A stretch of DNA of 64,000 nt from Heterodontus francisci (taxonomy: Eukaryota), in NCBI RefSeq assembly GCF_036365525.1, contig NC_090419.1:13082001-13146000 (forward strand), written 5' to 3'. Of the stretch, positions 1-18,085 are shown in pieces (the stretch's first letter is position 1; every line of letters starts with the position of its first letter). The notes under the pieces were generated by a model. It was not told the DNA's origin. It searched no databases and worked only from the letters and a program-made list of their open reading frames with translations. Position numbers and translations under genes: made by a program.

Positions 1-1065
1 TCGGAAGGTCAGTACCGAGGGAGCGCCGCACTGTCGGAGGGTCAGTACTGAGGGAGCGCCACACTGTCGGAAGGTCAGTACCGAGGGAGCGCCGCACTGT
101 CGGAGGGTCAGTGCTGAGGGAGCGCCGCGCTGTTGGAGGGTCAGTACTGAGGGAGCGCCGCACTGTCGGAGGGTCAGTACTAAGGGAGCGCCACGCTGTC
201 GGAGTGTCAGTACTGAGGGAGTGCCGCACTGTCGGAGGGTCAGTACCGAGGGAGCGCCGCACTGTCGGAGGGTCAGTACTGAGGGAGCGCCGGACTGTCG
301 GAGTGTCAGTACTGAGGGAGTGCCGCACTGTCGGAGGGTCAGTACTGAGGGAGTGCCGCACTGTCGGAGGGTCAGTACTGAGGGAGTGCCGCACTGTCGG
401 AGGGTCAGTACTGAGGGAGCGCCGCACTGTCGGAGGGTCAGTACTGAGGGAGCTCCGCACTGTCGGAGGGTCAGTACTGAGGGAGCGCCGCACTGTCGGA
501 GGGTCATGACTGAGGGAGCGCCGCACTGTCGGAGGGTCATGACTGAGGGAGCGCCGCACTGTCGGAGGGTCATGACTGAGGGAGCGCCGCACTGTCGGAG
601 GGTCAATACCGAGGGAGTGCCGCACTGTTGGAGGGTCAGTACCGAGGGAGCGCTGCACTGTCGGAGGGTCAGTACCGAGGGAGCGCCACACTGTTGGAGA
701 GTCAGTACCGAGGGAGCGCCGCACTGTCGGAGGTGCGGTCTTTCAGGATGAGACATTAAACCAAGTCCATGTCTGCTCTCTCAGGTGGATGTCAGAGATC
801 CCACGGCCACAACTGGGAGGAGCGGGGTGGGGTTTGGAGGGATGGGTGGGGGAGTGGATGGAGTTCTCTCCGACTTCCTGGGGCCAATTGCCATCCCTGA
901 ACCAACATCACTAAACAAACCGATGATCTGGGGTCGTTATCACATTGCTGTTTGCGGGATCCTGCTGTGCGCAGAATGGCTGCTGCGCTTCCGACATTAC
1001 AGCAGTGACCGCACTTCAACTGAAAGTTATTCACTGGCACTTTGGAAAGTCTGGAGGTGTTGAGA
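1..1065 (+). mobile_element. DeuSINE (SacSINE1-like) with an internal 33-bp minisatellite expansion (1-730)
   Basis: Tandem CACTGTCGGAGGGTCAGTACTGAGGGAGCGCCG units run directly into the Deu-domain-like GGAGGTGCGGTCTTTCAGGATGAGACATTAAACC..CACATTGCTGTTTGCGGG.. body. Confidence 0.75.
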
Positions 1066-1262
1066 GGCACAGGAGAAGTGGAAGATTTAGCATCAGGTAG
1101 TCAGTCGACACGAGTGTGCACTGCAGGTTTAATATTGAGCTCGATCGCTGGCTCAGGTTACTGAGGGATCCAGGGAAAAGGCAGGATCTGATTGTAGAGT
1201 AGAAAAGGATCGAGGGGCTGCAGGAGGGTTTTATTTCTCACCCTGTCTTTGTCCTTCATTAG

Positions 1263-4200
1263 CGATCAAGTCGGAAATCTGGATATTCATCATTCCAGCT
1301 GTCATGACATCAGTGATCCTGATTCTCTTCTTGGAAGAGATCGGATTCTTCTTTCGGAATATCCGGAGTGCCAAACGCAGGCGTCTGAATCTCTGGATCC
1401 TAGGGATCTATCCGGTGAGACCCCTTCCTCGTCCTCAGTCTCCCCTCCCTCGGTGTCCGCTCCCTCGGTGTCCCCTCCCTCGGTGTCCCCTCCCTCGGTC
1501 TCCCCTGCAGAGTGTCAGCACATTGCTGATGAAGTAGTAATGGGAAATGATGATGAGCAGGGATGCTGGTGAGTTAACATCTCCTCTTCTGCTTCTGTTA
1601 GGTGTTTGCAATGACCTCGCTGATCGGGATGTACATTCCCCGATCGGCCGCCCTCTGCAGCTTCATCGCATCCATGTGAGTATTCACGGCAAATAAAGCT
1701 CTCCCTCGGAGTGAATCCAATGGACCCAAACCCCTTCCCGTTCACTCCCACTGTACACAATCCCAATGGACCCAAACGCCTTCCCGTTCATTCCCACTGT
1801 ACACAATCCCAATGGACCCAAACGCCTTCCCGTTCATTCCCACTGTACACAATCCCAATGGACCCAAACCCCTTCCCATTCACTCCCATTGTACACAATC
1901 CTAATGGACCCAAACCCCTTCCCGTTCACTCCCATTGTACACAATCCCAATGGACCCAAACGCCTTCCCGTTCATTCCCACTGTACACAATCCCAATGGA
2001 CCCAAAACCCTTCCCATTCACTCCCATTGTACACAATCCTAATGGACCCAAACGCCTTCCCATTCATTCCCACTGTACACAATCCCAATGGACCCAAAAC
2101 CCTTCCCATTCACTCCCATTGTACACAATCCTAATGGACCCAAACGCCTTCCCATTCACTCCCACTGTACACAATCCCAATGGACCCAAACGCCTTCCCA
2201 TTCACTCCCACTGTACACAATCCCAATGGACCCAAACGCCTTCCCGTTCACTCCCACTGTACACAATCCCAATGGACCCAAAACCCTTCCCATTCACTCC
2301 CACTGTACACAATCCCAATGGACCCAAACCCCTTCCCATTCACTCCCATTGTACACAATCCTAATGGACCCAAACCCCTTCCCGTTCATTCCCACTGTAC
2401 ACAATCCCAATGGACCCAAACCCCTTCCCGTTCACTCCCACTGTACACAATCCCAACGGACCCAAACCCATTCCCGTTCACTCCCACTGTACACAATCCC
2501 AATGGACCCAAACCCATTCCCGTTCACTCCCACTGTACACAATCCCAACGGACCCAAAACCCTTCCCATTCACTCCCATTGTACACAATCCTAATGGACC
2601 CAAACGCCTTCCCATTCACTCCCACTGTACACAATCCCAATGGACCCAAACGCCTTCCCATTCACTCCCACTGTACACAATCCCAATGGACCCAAACGCC
2701 TTCCCGTTCACTCCCACTGTACACAATCCCAATGGACCCAAAACCCTTCCCATTCACTCCCACTGTACACAATCCCAACGGACCCAAACCCATTCCCGTT
2801 CACTCCCACTGTACACAATCCCAATGGACCCAAACCCCTTCCCGTTCACTCCCATTGTACACAATCCCAACGGACCCAAACCCATTCCCGTTCACTCCCA
2901 CTGTACACAATCCCAATGGACCCAAACCCATTCCCGTTCACTCCCACTGTACACAATCCCAATGGACCCAAACCCCTTCCCCGTTCACTCCCACTGTACA
3001 CAATCCCAACGGACCCAAACCCATTCCCGTTCACTCCCACTGTACACAATCCCAACGGACCCAAACCCATTCCCGTTCACTCCCACTGTACACAATCCCA
3101 ATGGACCCAAACCCCTTCCCATTCACTCCCATTGGACACATTCCTAATGGACCCAAACCCCTTCCCGTTCACTCCCACTGTACACAATCCCAATGGACCC
3201 AAACCCATTCCCGTTCACTCCCACTGTACACAATCCCAACGGACCCAAACCCATTCCCGTTCACTCCCACTGTACACAATCCCAATGGACCCAAACCCAT
3301 TCCCGTTCACTCCCACTGTACACAATCCCAATGGACCCAAACCCCTTCCCGTTCACTCCCATTGGACACATTCCTAATGGACCCAAACCCATTCCCGTTC
3401 ACTCCCACTGTACACAATCCCAACGGACCCAAACCCATTCCCGTTCACTCCCACTGTACACAATCCCAACGGACCCAAACCCATTCCCGTTCACTCCCAC
3501 TGTACACAATCCCAATGGACCCAAACCCATTCCCGTTCACTCCCACTGTACACAATCCCAACGGACCCAAAACCCTTCCCATTCACTCCCATTGTACACA
3601 ATCCTAATGGACCCAAACCCCTTCCCGTTCACTCCCACTGTACACAATCCCAACGGACCCAAACCCCTTCCCATTCACTCCCACTGTACACAATCCCAAT
3701 GGACCCAAACCCCTTCCCATTCACTCCCACTGTACACAATCCCAATGGACCCAAACCCCTTCCCATTCACTCCCACTGTACACAATCCCAATGGACCCAA
3801 ACCCCTTCCCATTCACTCCCACTGTACACAATCCAAATGGACCCAAACCCCTTCCCGTTCACTCCCACTGTACACAATCCCAACGGACCCAAACCCCTTC
3901 CCGTTCAATCCCATTGTACACAATCCAAATGGACCCAAACCCCTCCCCGTTCACTCCCACTGTGCACAATCCCAACGGACCCAAACCCATTCCCGTTCAC
4001 TCCCACTGTACACAATCCCAACGGACCCAAACCCCTTCCCATTCACTCCCATTGGACACAGTCCCAATGGACCCAAACCCCTTCCCGTTCACTCCCACTG
4101 TACACAATCCCAATGGACCCAAACCCCTTCCAGTTCACTCCCACTGTACACAATCCCAATGGACCCAAACCCCTTCCCGTTCAATCCCATTGTACACAAT

Positions 4201-5713
4201 CCAAATGGACCCAAACCCCTTCCCGTTCACTCCCACTGTACACAATCCCAATGGACCCAAACCCCTTCCCGTTCACTCCCATTGTACACAATCCAAATGG
4301 ACCCAAACCCCTTCCCGTTCACTCCCATTGTACACAATCCAAATGGACCCAAACCCCTTCCCGTTCACTCCCACTGTACACAATCCAAATGGACCCAAAC
4401 CCCTTCCCGTTCACTCCCACTGTACACAATCCCAATGGACCCAAACCCCTTCCCGTTCACTCCCATTGTACACAATCCCAATGGACCCAAACCCCTTCCC
4501 GTTCACTCCCACTGTACACAATCCCAATGGACCCAAACCCCTTCCCGTTCACTCCCATTGTACACAATCCCAATGGACCCAAACCCCTTCCCGTTCACTC
4601 CCATTGTACACAATCCCAATGGACCCAAACCCCTTCCCGTTCACTCCCATTGTACACAATCCAAATGGACCCAAACCCCTTCCCGTTCACTCCCACTGTA
4701 CACAATCCCAATGGACCCAAACCCCTTCCCGTTCACTCCCATTGGACACAATCCAAATGGACCCAAACCCCTTCCCGTTCACTCCCATTGTACACAATCC
4801 AAATGGACCCGAACCCCTTCCTGTTCACTCCCACTGTACACAATCCCAATGGACCCAAACTCCTTCCCGTTCACTCCCATTGTACACAATCCAAATGGAC
4901 CCGAACCCCTTCCTGTTCACTCCCACTGTACACAATCCCAATGGACCCAAACTCCTTCCCGTTCACTCCCATTGTACACAATCCCAATGGACCCAAACCC
5001 CTTCCCGTTTGCTCCCACTCTATACAATCCCAATGGACCCAAACCCCTTCCCGTTTGCTCCCACTGTACACAATCCCAATGGACCCAAACCCCTTCCTGT
5101 TCACTCTCACTATATACAATCCCCATGGACCCAAACCCCTTCCCATTCAATCCCATTGTACACAATCCCAATGGACCCAAACCCCTTCCCATTCACTCCC
5201 ATTGTGCCCTGGCACATTCTTGTTCTATAATTCTCCCTCTGCCAGATAAGGTGGGGTCTGAGGCGGTGCCAGCGGGTCCTCTCGAGGGATGTGAATGATG
5301 TGTCTGGCAGGGAGTGCTGAACGCCTCTCCCTGTTCCTACCTGCTCACATCCTTCCATTCCTGTGAACAATGCCACTGTCAAACTGCTCCATTTACTCCC
5401 CAGGCTCGGTTTTATAATCAAGACTCTCTCCTTTTCTCAGCTATCATTCCATTACTCTTTGGAAATTCCTCGGACTGATTACAGACTTCTTTGGTGGGAA
5501 GGTGCGGATGCTGGAACAACTGGCCGGAGAGGAGGTGTCTCCCAATCCTTTCCCGTGTTGTTGCTGCTGCTGCTTCCCGATGATCTCCGTCAACCGGTGA
5601 GTTCCTGCAGAGAGAGGGACGGTGGGAGGGGACAGACTGAGAGAAAGACAGATTGTGAGAGGGAGTGAGGCAGAAAGAGAGAGAGGGAGAAAGAGGGTGA
5701 GAGAGAGGGAGAC

Positions 5714-5747
<34 letters not shown>

Positions 5748-8340
5748 ATAGTGAGGCAGACNNNNNNNNNNNNNNNNNNNNNNNNNNNNNNNNNNNNNNN
5801 NNNNNNNNNNNNNNNNNNNNNNNNNNNNNNNNNNNNNNNNNNNNNNNNNNNNNNNNNNNNNNNNNNNNNNNNNNNNNNNNNNNNNNNNNNNNNNNNNNNN
5901 NNNNNNNNNNNNNNNNNNNNNNNNNNNNNNNNNNNNNNNNNNCAAAGAGAGACACAGAGCGAGATAGAGAGGGAGACAGAGAAAGGTAGAGAGTGAGACA
6001 TAGAGAGAGTGAGACAGATAAAGAATGTAGCAGACAGAGAGAGAAAAGTAGAGAGAATGAGGCAGACAGAGTGAGAGAGAGACAGAGACAGAATGAAAGA
6101 ACGAGAAAGAGAAAGAGGGAATAAGAGAGAATGAGAGAGAGAGAGACAGAGAGAGAGAGACAGAGAGAGACAGACAGAGAGAGACAGACAGACAGAGGGG
6201 AGAGTGTGAGATAGGCAGAAGATGGATGAAAAGCTTGATTTCAAAAGTGTCTTAAAGGAGGAGAGAGGGAGGCAGAGAGGTTTAGGGAGGGGAATTCCAG
6301 AGCTTAGGGCCCCAGGCAGCTGAAGGCACGGCCGCCAATGGTGGAGCGATGGGAATCGGGGGATGGTCAAGAGGCCGGAATTGGAGGAGGGCAGAGATCT
6401 CAGAGGGTTGCAGGGAGGGACGAGGGCCATGGAGGGATTTGAAAACGAGGATGAGAATTTTAAAATGGAGGTGTTGGCGGAGCGGGAGCCAGTGTAGGTC
6501 AGGGAGCACAGGGGGTTGACGTGTGAACGGGCCAAGTTAGGGCGCGGGGGGGGGCAGCAGATGAGTTGAGGTTTACAGAGGGTTGAATGTGGGAGACCAG
6601 CCAGGAGAACGTTGGAATAGTCAAGTCTAGCGGGGACACTGGCACGGATGAGGGTATCGGCGGCAGATGGGCAGAGGCAGGAACAGAGTCGGGTGATGTT
6701 ACAGAGGTGGAAGTGACGTTTAATGCTGGGCCTCTGAGGTAACGGGTGGTCCCTTACTCTTTCTAAGGTTGAGCCTGAGGTGGATGACGGCAGCTGTGTT
6801 CCAGTTATCGGTTGTCAGGACGATACTCTTCTTTGTCTTGCTTGTGCTGTGGACAGATGAGAAGTACGATTATGGAGATGTGAGTACGTCCTGCAAAGGT
6901 GAGGATCGGGAATCGGAGTCCAGAAGGCAACTGGGATGGAAGGATGATGGAGGTGCTCGGGGGCGGGTTGTGGCCATGCGGCCGTTGGATGAGGATTATT
7001 GGTGGGAGGGTGGCTTACAACAGCCTCTTTGATTAGGGTGGGGAGGCAGCCTCACAGGCTGGGGATTGGTGGAGTTTGGAAAGGGAAGGCTGGAGACCGG
7101 GATGTGTGGTACGGTGGTGTGACATTTCATTGGCCATTTGCAGGTCTCCTTCATCAACCCCAACTCCTATGTCAACATCATTATCGGCGTTTCCACCTTC
7201 CTATCCTTTTACGGTTACCTCTTATACTACAAGGCCACCAAGAACTCGCTGAAGGGCTACGGCCTGCAGGAGAAGTTCATCTGCATCATTGTGGTCCTGG
7301 TGCTATTTGGACTACAGAGTGGAATCCTGGAGACGATGGGGGCACTCGGCGCCATTCCCTGCTTCCCGCCTTTCTCCGTGGACATGCGCACTCAAAGTAA
7401 GTCCGGCACACACCTTAAAACCCAACTCTTTGACCCAGCTTTTGGTCAGCTGTCCCGAACACCTCCTTATCTGGCTTGCTTTTGTTTGACTTTCGCTCCT
7501 GGGATTAAGCACAATAACGTACTTCGGAATTTTGCCTGATTTACTATTGGAGACAGTGAGCTGAGTAGAGGAGGTGGGGTGGAGTGAGCTTTGTTGGGTT
7601 GAGTTGTGTCGGGTTGAGTTGGGTTGGGTTGGGTGTGGATAGGTTGAGTTGAGTTGGGTTGGGTTGGTTTGGGGAAGAGTTCAGTTGGGTTGAGTTGGGT
7701 GAGAATGGTTAGAGCCGAGTTGGTTTGGGTTCAGTGCAGTTGAACCGGGTTGGGTTGGAGTGAGTTGACCTAGGATAGAATTGTATGTAGCCTGTGAAAG
7801 GCCTAAAGCACTTACCGTCTTCCCTGATTCATCCTGTAACACTCTACTGCTGTGCCCCTTGCAGTCATTTTCCATTATGCAGTCATTGTCGAGATGTTCT
7901 TCATCAGCATATTGGCCTGCTATTGCTTCAGGAAGGTGGAGCCATGTGACAACCCTGGTGACGATCTTCCCACAATCAAGCTGCACAAGTCCATGCAGAC
8001 GGAGGACATTGAGTTCGGCGGCAACGATTGTAGCTGCTTTGACCCTGATGGCTTCTCGCTGGGAATGAACCCGGGTTACATCAGTGACGCAGACGATACA
8101 CTGTGCAGGATCGAGCATGCTCCGTTGGATAGGTTTGACTTCAAGACGGCCAAGAAGTTGCTTGCGGACGGCAGTTTTGTCCCCGCACCTCCGAGTGCAG
8201 AGAACGGCGCGGCAAGGAAACTGAGCACCAGTTGGAACGCGTCTCCAGTTCGGGACTGTGTACCTGTTGAAATGAACACTGTTCAGGTGAAGGCACAGAT
8301 TAACTACCGGGATCCCTGTAAAGATGTGACTATGGTCTGA
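1263..8340 (+). CDS. Organic solute transporter subunit alpha-like (SLC51A/OSTalpha family), 5'-partial; exons 1263-1414, 1602-1675, 5441-5596, 6768-6879, 7144-7396, 7865-8340
   Basis: All exons have AG/GT boundaries and join in frame: ..IKSEIWIFIIPAVMTSVILILFLEEIGFF..LWILGIYP|VFAMTSLIGMYIPRSAALCSFIASI|YHSITLWKFLGLITDFFGG..PNPFPCCCCCCFPMISVNR|LSLRWMTAAVFQLSVVR..|VSFINPNS..QSGILETM..IPCFPPFS..|IIFHYAVIVEMFFISILACYCFR.. stop TGA 8338-8340. The poly-Cys loop and multi-TM pattern are OSTalpha hallmarks. The first exon(s) lie upstream of the window. Orthology versus paralogy to SLC51A is not resolved. Confidence 0.88.
1712..5205. repeat. 46-bp minisatellite, ~76 copies, in an SLC51A-like intron
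   Basis: Unit AATGGACCCAAACCCCTTCCCGTTCACTCCCACTGTACACAATCCC; strong C/A strand skew. Confidence 0.97.
5608..6210. repeat. (GA)n/(GACA)n purine-rich microsatellite spanning an assembly gap (N 5762-5942)
   Basis: Seen directly in the sequence. Confidence 0.95.
6235..6720 (-). mobile_element. L2-type LINE 3' fragment (related copies at ~45480-45780 and ~54590-54885)
   Basis: Minus-strand translation LPDLHWLPLRQHLHFKILILVFKSLHG..LWNS.P is typical of L2 ORF2 C-termini. Confidence 0.7.
7590..7770. repeat. (GGGTT/GAGTT)n pentamer microsatellite
   Basis: Seen directly in the sequence. Confidence 0.85.
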
Positions 8341-9499
8341 AGCCTCTGTAATGAGCCTTTACCTGAGTGATAAATTAGAAGCTTTTAACACGTAACCTAC
8401 GTACATGAAGGACTTGTGCCTACTGTGCGGGTTCACAGCCAGACTTCACGCTGTGTTACCGACTCTTAAGCAATCCTGCACAGTCACCATGGGCCAAATG
8501 GTCTCCTGCTGTAGTGTATCATCCTATAGTTCTGTGAATTTGAGGCAAAAAAAAAAATCCAAATGGAACAGGTCAAAGATAACAGCTAAAACATCAGAAC
8601 CATGAGCAATGCCACGGGATAGCCAACACGCTATTGGCGCCAGGAGCTCACCCAACCGAGGGTCTCGCGTTTTCCCCTTTTGACGGAAAATAAAACGTTC
8701 ATGCAAACGTCTCTCCTTGGATTTCAGCAGGAGGATTCGGAGACAACAGGAGGCCCCAATACACTTCGAGCCTTTTCTGCCATTCCACTGGATCACGGGT
8801 GATCCGTACTCCAACTCCTTGGCTCCGTAACTCCTGATACCCTTACCCAACAAAAAAAAACTATGGCTCTCAGTCGACAAAATCTGAACTCGCCCAGCAT
8901 TCACGGTATGTCGGGGGAATGGGAGTTCGAGATTCCTGCCACTGTGCAAACAGGTTTCTGGACTTCGCTCTTGAACAGTTTGCGCTCGGAGGCCAAGTAA
9001 GGCAGCTGGGAGCAATAATTGGAGATTGGTATCGGCCTTGTGGCCGTGCTGAATAAACCACTTGATTTTTATTTTGCTTTAGAGAAAGGAAACTTGGCCG
9101 GCAATCTCAGTTTGCCACCGAATTAGAACATCGGCCCATGGTGCTGTTCTTGCCACCCCCGTCTGGCCATGGTAATTGGTCAAGCGGGCGTTTGCGATGG
9201 CGATGGGAGGGGAAAGTTGTCTGGAGGAGAGAGGCAGAGGGAAGATTTTCAGCATCCTGTAAATAACTAAGGGGAAAATGCAGATGGCTGCTCAGAAATG
9301 ATGGAGATTTGGTGGAAAGGGGAGAAATAATCACATTTTCCAGTGTTCAGTGCTATTCATTTGGAAGAAAATAAAGGGCAACTATTAAAAATTTTTTTAA
9401 AAGCCAGTTTCAATAGTTTTTTCTTTGTTTAAGCGCTCATCACAAGTGATCCCATCTCCTCCATTGACCAAGGCTCCAAGGAGGTCGGTAACCAAGGCC

Positions 9500-10080
9500 T
9501 CACTCCTCTTGGCAACCGGGAGGCGCGTCACGTGATGTATGGGCGTGGCGATCACTGGCACGTGACAGGCTCCCCCCCCCACCCACACACACACATGCAC
9601 ACTGCACACTTCCGGGAGCAGGTGGTGTTGGAAGCACGTGACTAGGGTCACTTCCGGTTAACGGGGTGGTGAGGGCGTCCTGGGGGAGCACGTGATGGGG
9701 GGGGACACGTGACCCGAGTCTCCGTCAGGCGGAGCGGTGATTCACTTCTCCAGCGGTGCCCGCTCTGGATGGCAATGGTGAGGAGCGAGGTGGGCGGGCG
9801 GGCGGGCGGGGGGGGGGTGGATTTTTGTTGTTTTGGGCGGGGGTGTGAATCATTAATGATTATTTATCCCAATGGTGGGGGGCGAAAAAGAAATCCGGGG
9901 CGGTTATCGTCCCTATTCGGAGCCGTTGGACGGGGCGGCCAATCGGAGCGTGCCGTGCTCTTGATGGACGGGCGAGGTTGACCAATAGGCGGCGTCGGGT
10001 GGGGGGATGGACTTCTGCCGGAAGTTGGCGGGGAATGCGGAAGTGTCTGCTTGTGTTGACCCATCCCTGCGGTGCCAATG
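9500..10080 (+). promoter_or_regulatory. CpG-rich WDR13 promoter and probable non-coding first exon (donor near 9777)
   Basis: CpG-dense. Five CACGTGA E-boxes (9529, 9559, 9635, 9689, 9706), ETS-type ACTTCCGG/CGGAAGT sites (9608, ~9650, ~10018, ~10037), CCAAT boxes and GC boxes. ATG|GTGAGG donor at 9777/9778. Confidence 0.65.
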
Positions 10081-10184
10081 GGGTAGAAACTGGGTTGGGT
10101 TGGGTCGGGTCGAGCTGCAACTTGGCACCTGGTGCATTTTAATCTTGTTTCCACCCCAAATGCAGTTATAATTTGCATCTTTCA

Positions 10185-11240
10185 TGGAAACATCTCAGTC
10201 CTAAATGGCTTACCTCCTTATCGTGAGACTGTGACCCCTGGTCCTGGGCTCCCCCAACACCGGCAACATCCTCCCTGCATCCAGCCTGTCCAGTCCTGCT
10301 AGAATTTTCCAGGTTTCTATGAGATCCTCTCCCATTCTTCTAAACTCTAGCCAGTACAAGCCTAATCGACCCTGTCTCTCTCCCCGTACGTCAACCCTGC
10401 CATCTTAGGAATCAGCCTGGTAAATCTTCTTTGCACTCCCTCCATGGCAAGTACATCCTTCCTCAGATAAGGAGACCAGAACTGCACACAGTACTCCGGG
10501 TGTGGTCTCACCAAGGCCCTGTGTAACTGCAGCAAGACATCCCTGCTCCTGTACTCGAATCCTCTGGCCATGAAGGCCAACGTACCATTTGCCTTCTTAA
10601 CTGCCTGCACGCCTACTTTCAGACAGCCAGGTCTCGCTGCACCACCCCCCCCTTTCCCAATCTGTCGCCGTTCAGATAATCTGCCTTTCTGTTTTTGCCA
10701 CCAAAGTGGATAACCTCACATTTATCCACAGTATACTGCATCTGCCACGTATTCGGCCACTCACCCAACCTGCCCAAATCACACTGGAGCTTCTCTGCAT
10801 CCTCCTCACAGCTCACCCTCCCACCCAGCTTTGTATCATCTGCAAACTTGGATATATTACATTTAATTAATATATGAGGATAATGTGGGGGGGGGGGAAG
10901 GCGTCGAAGTGGATGATCAGCCTTAATAGTATTGAATGGTGGGGCAGGCTGAATGGCCTACTGTTCCTAAAGAGCAGACTTCTAGAGAGGGTGCAGGAGC
11001 AGATAGACATGGGTGTATATGTGCACAAATCATCTAAAGGTGGCAAAGCCGGTTGGGAAAGTGGTTAATAAAACTGGCAGGATCCTGATCTCATAAATAG
11101 GGGCAGAGATACAAAAGCAAGGATGTTACGATGAACCTTGACGAAACCCTGGTTTGGCCTTAACTGGAGTATTGTGTCCAGTTCTGGGCACCACGCTTCA
11201 GCAAGGATCTTAATGCATTAGCGAAAGTGCAGAAAAGGTT
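10185..11240. mobile_element. CR1-type LINE fragments (10185-10865 minus; ~10980-11240 plus)
   Basis: [20 protein letters not shown] and KCEVIHFG motifs. Confidence 0.85.
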
Positions 11241-11549
11241 CCCCAGAGAGCCGGCACGGATGTGACAGCCGGATCGGCCTCCTCCTGCCTCGACCCCGCG
11301 GCTGCCCTAAGGGGCATTTTAACGGGAGTCGAGCCTGGGATCTTTCAGGTCGGCATGCCCCAGTCCCAGGCTGGGGGTGGGGTGGAGAGCAGTGACCAGC
11401 TTCCCCTCTAAATGGTGATAAATGAGAAGTCACGTTTTACCTTTTTTGAGGTGTGTGACTGTGTGTGTGTGTCTCTCTCTCTCTTGCAGATGGCCGTGTG
11501 CAGCTGCACGGAACCTGTAACTCCCTGAAGACTTCCCGGGGCCTGTGGG

Positions 11550-18085
<6,536 letters not shown>

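Noticed and set aside
1711-5298. Long ORFs (up to 701 aa) of MDPNPFPFTP repeats
   Set aside because: Artefact of a stop-free 46-bp tandem repeat inside an intron. The PNPFP match to the next exon is coincidental.
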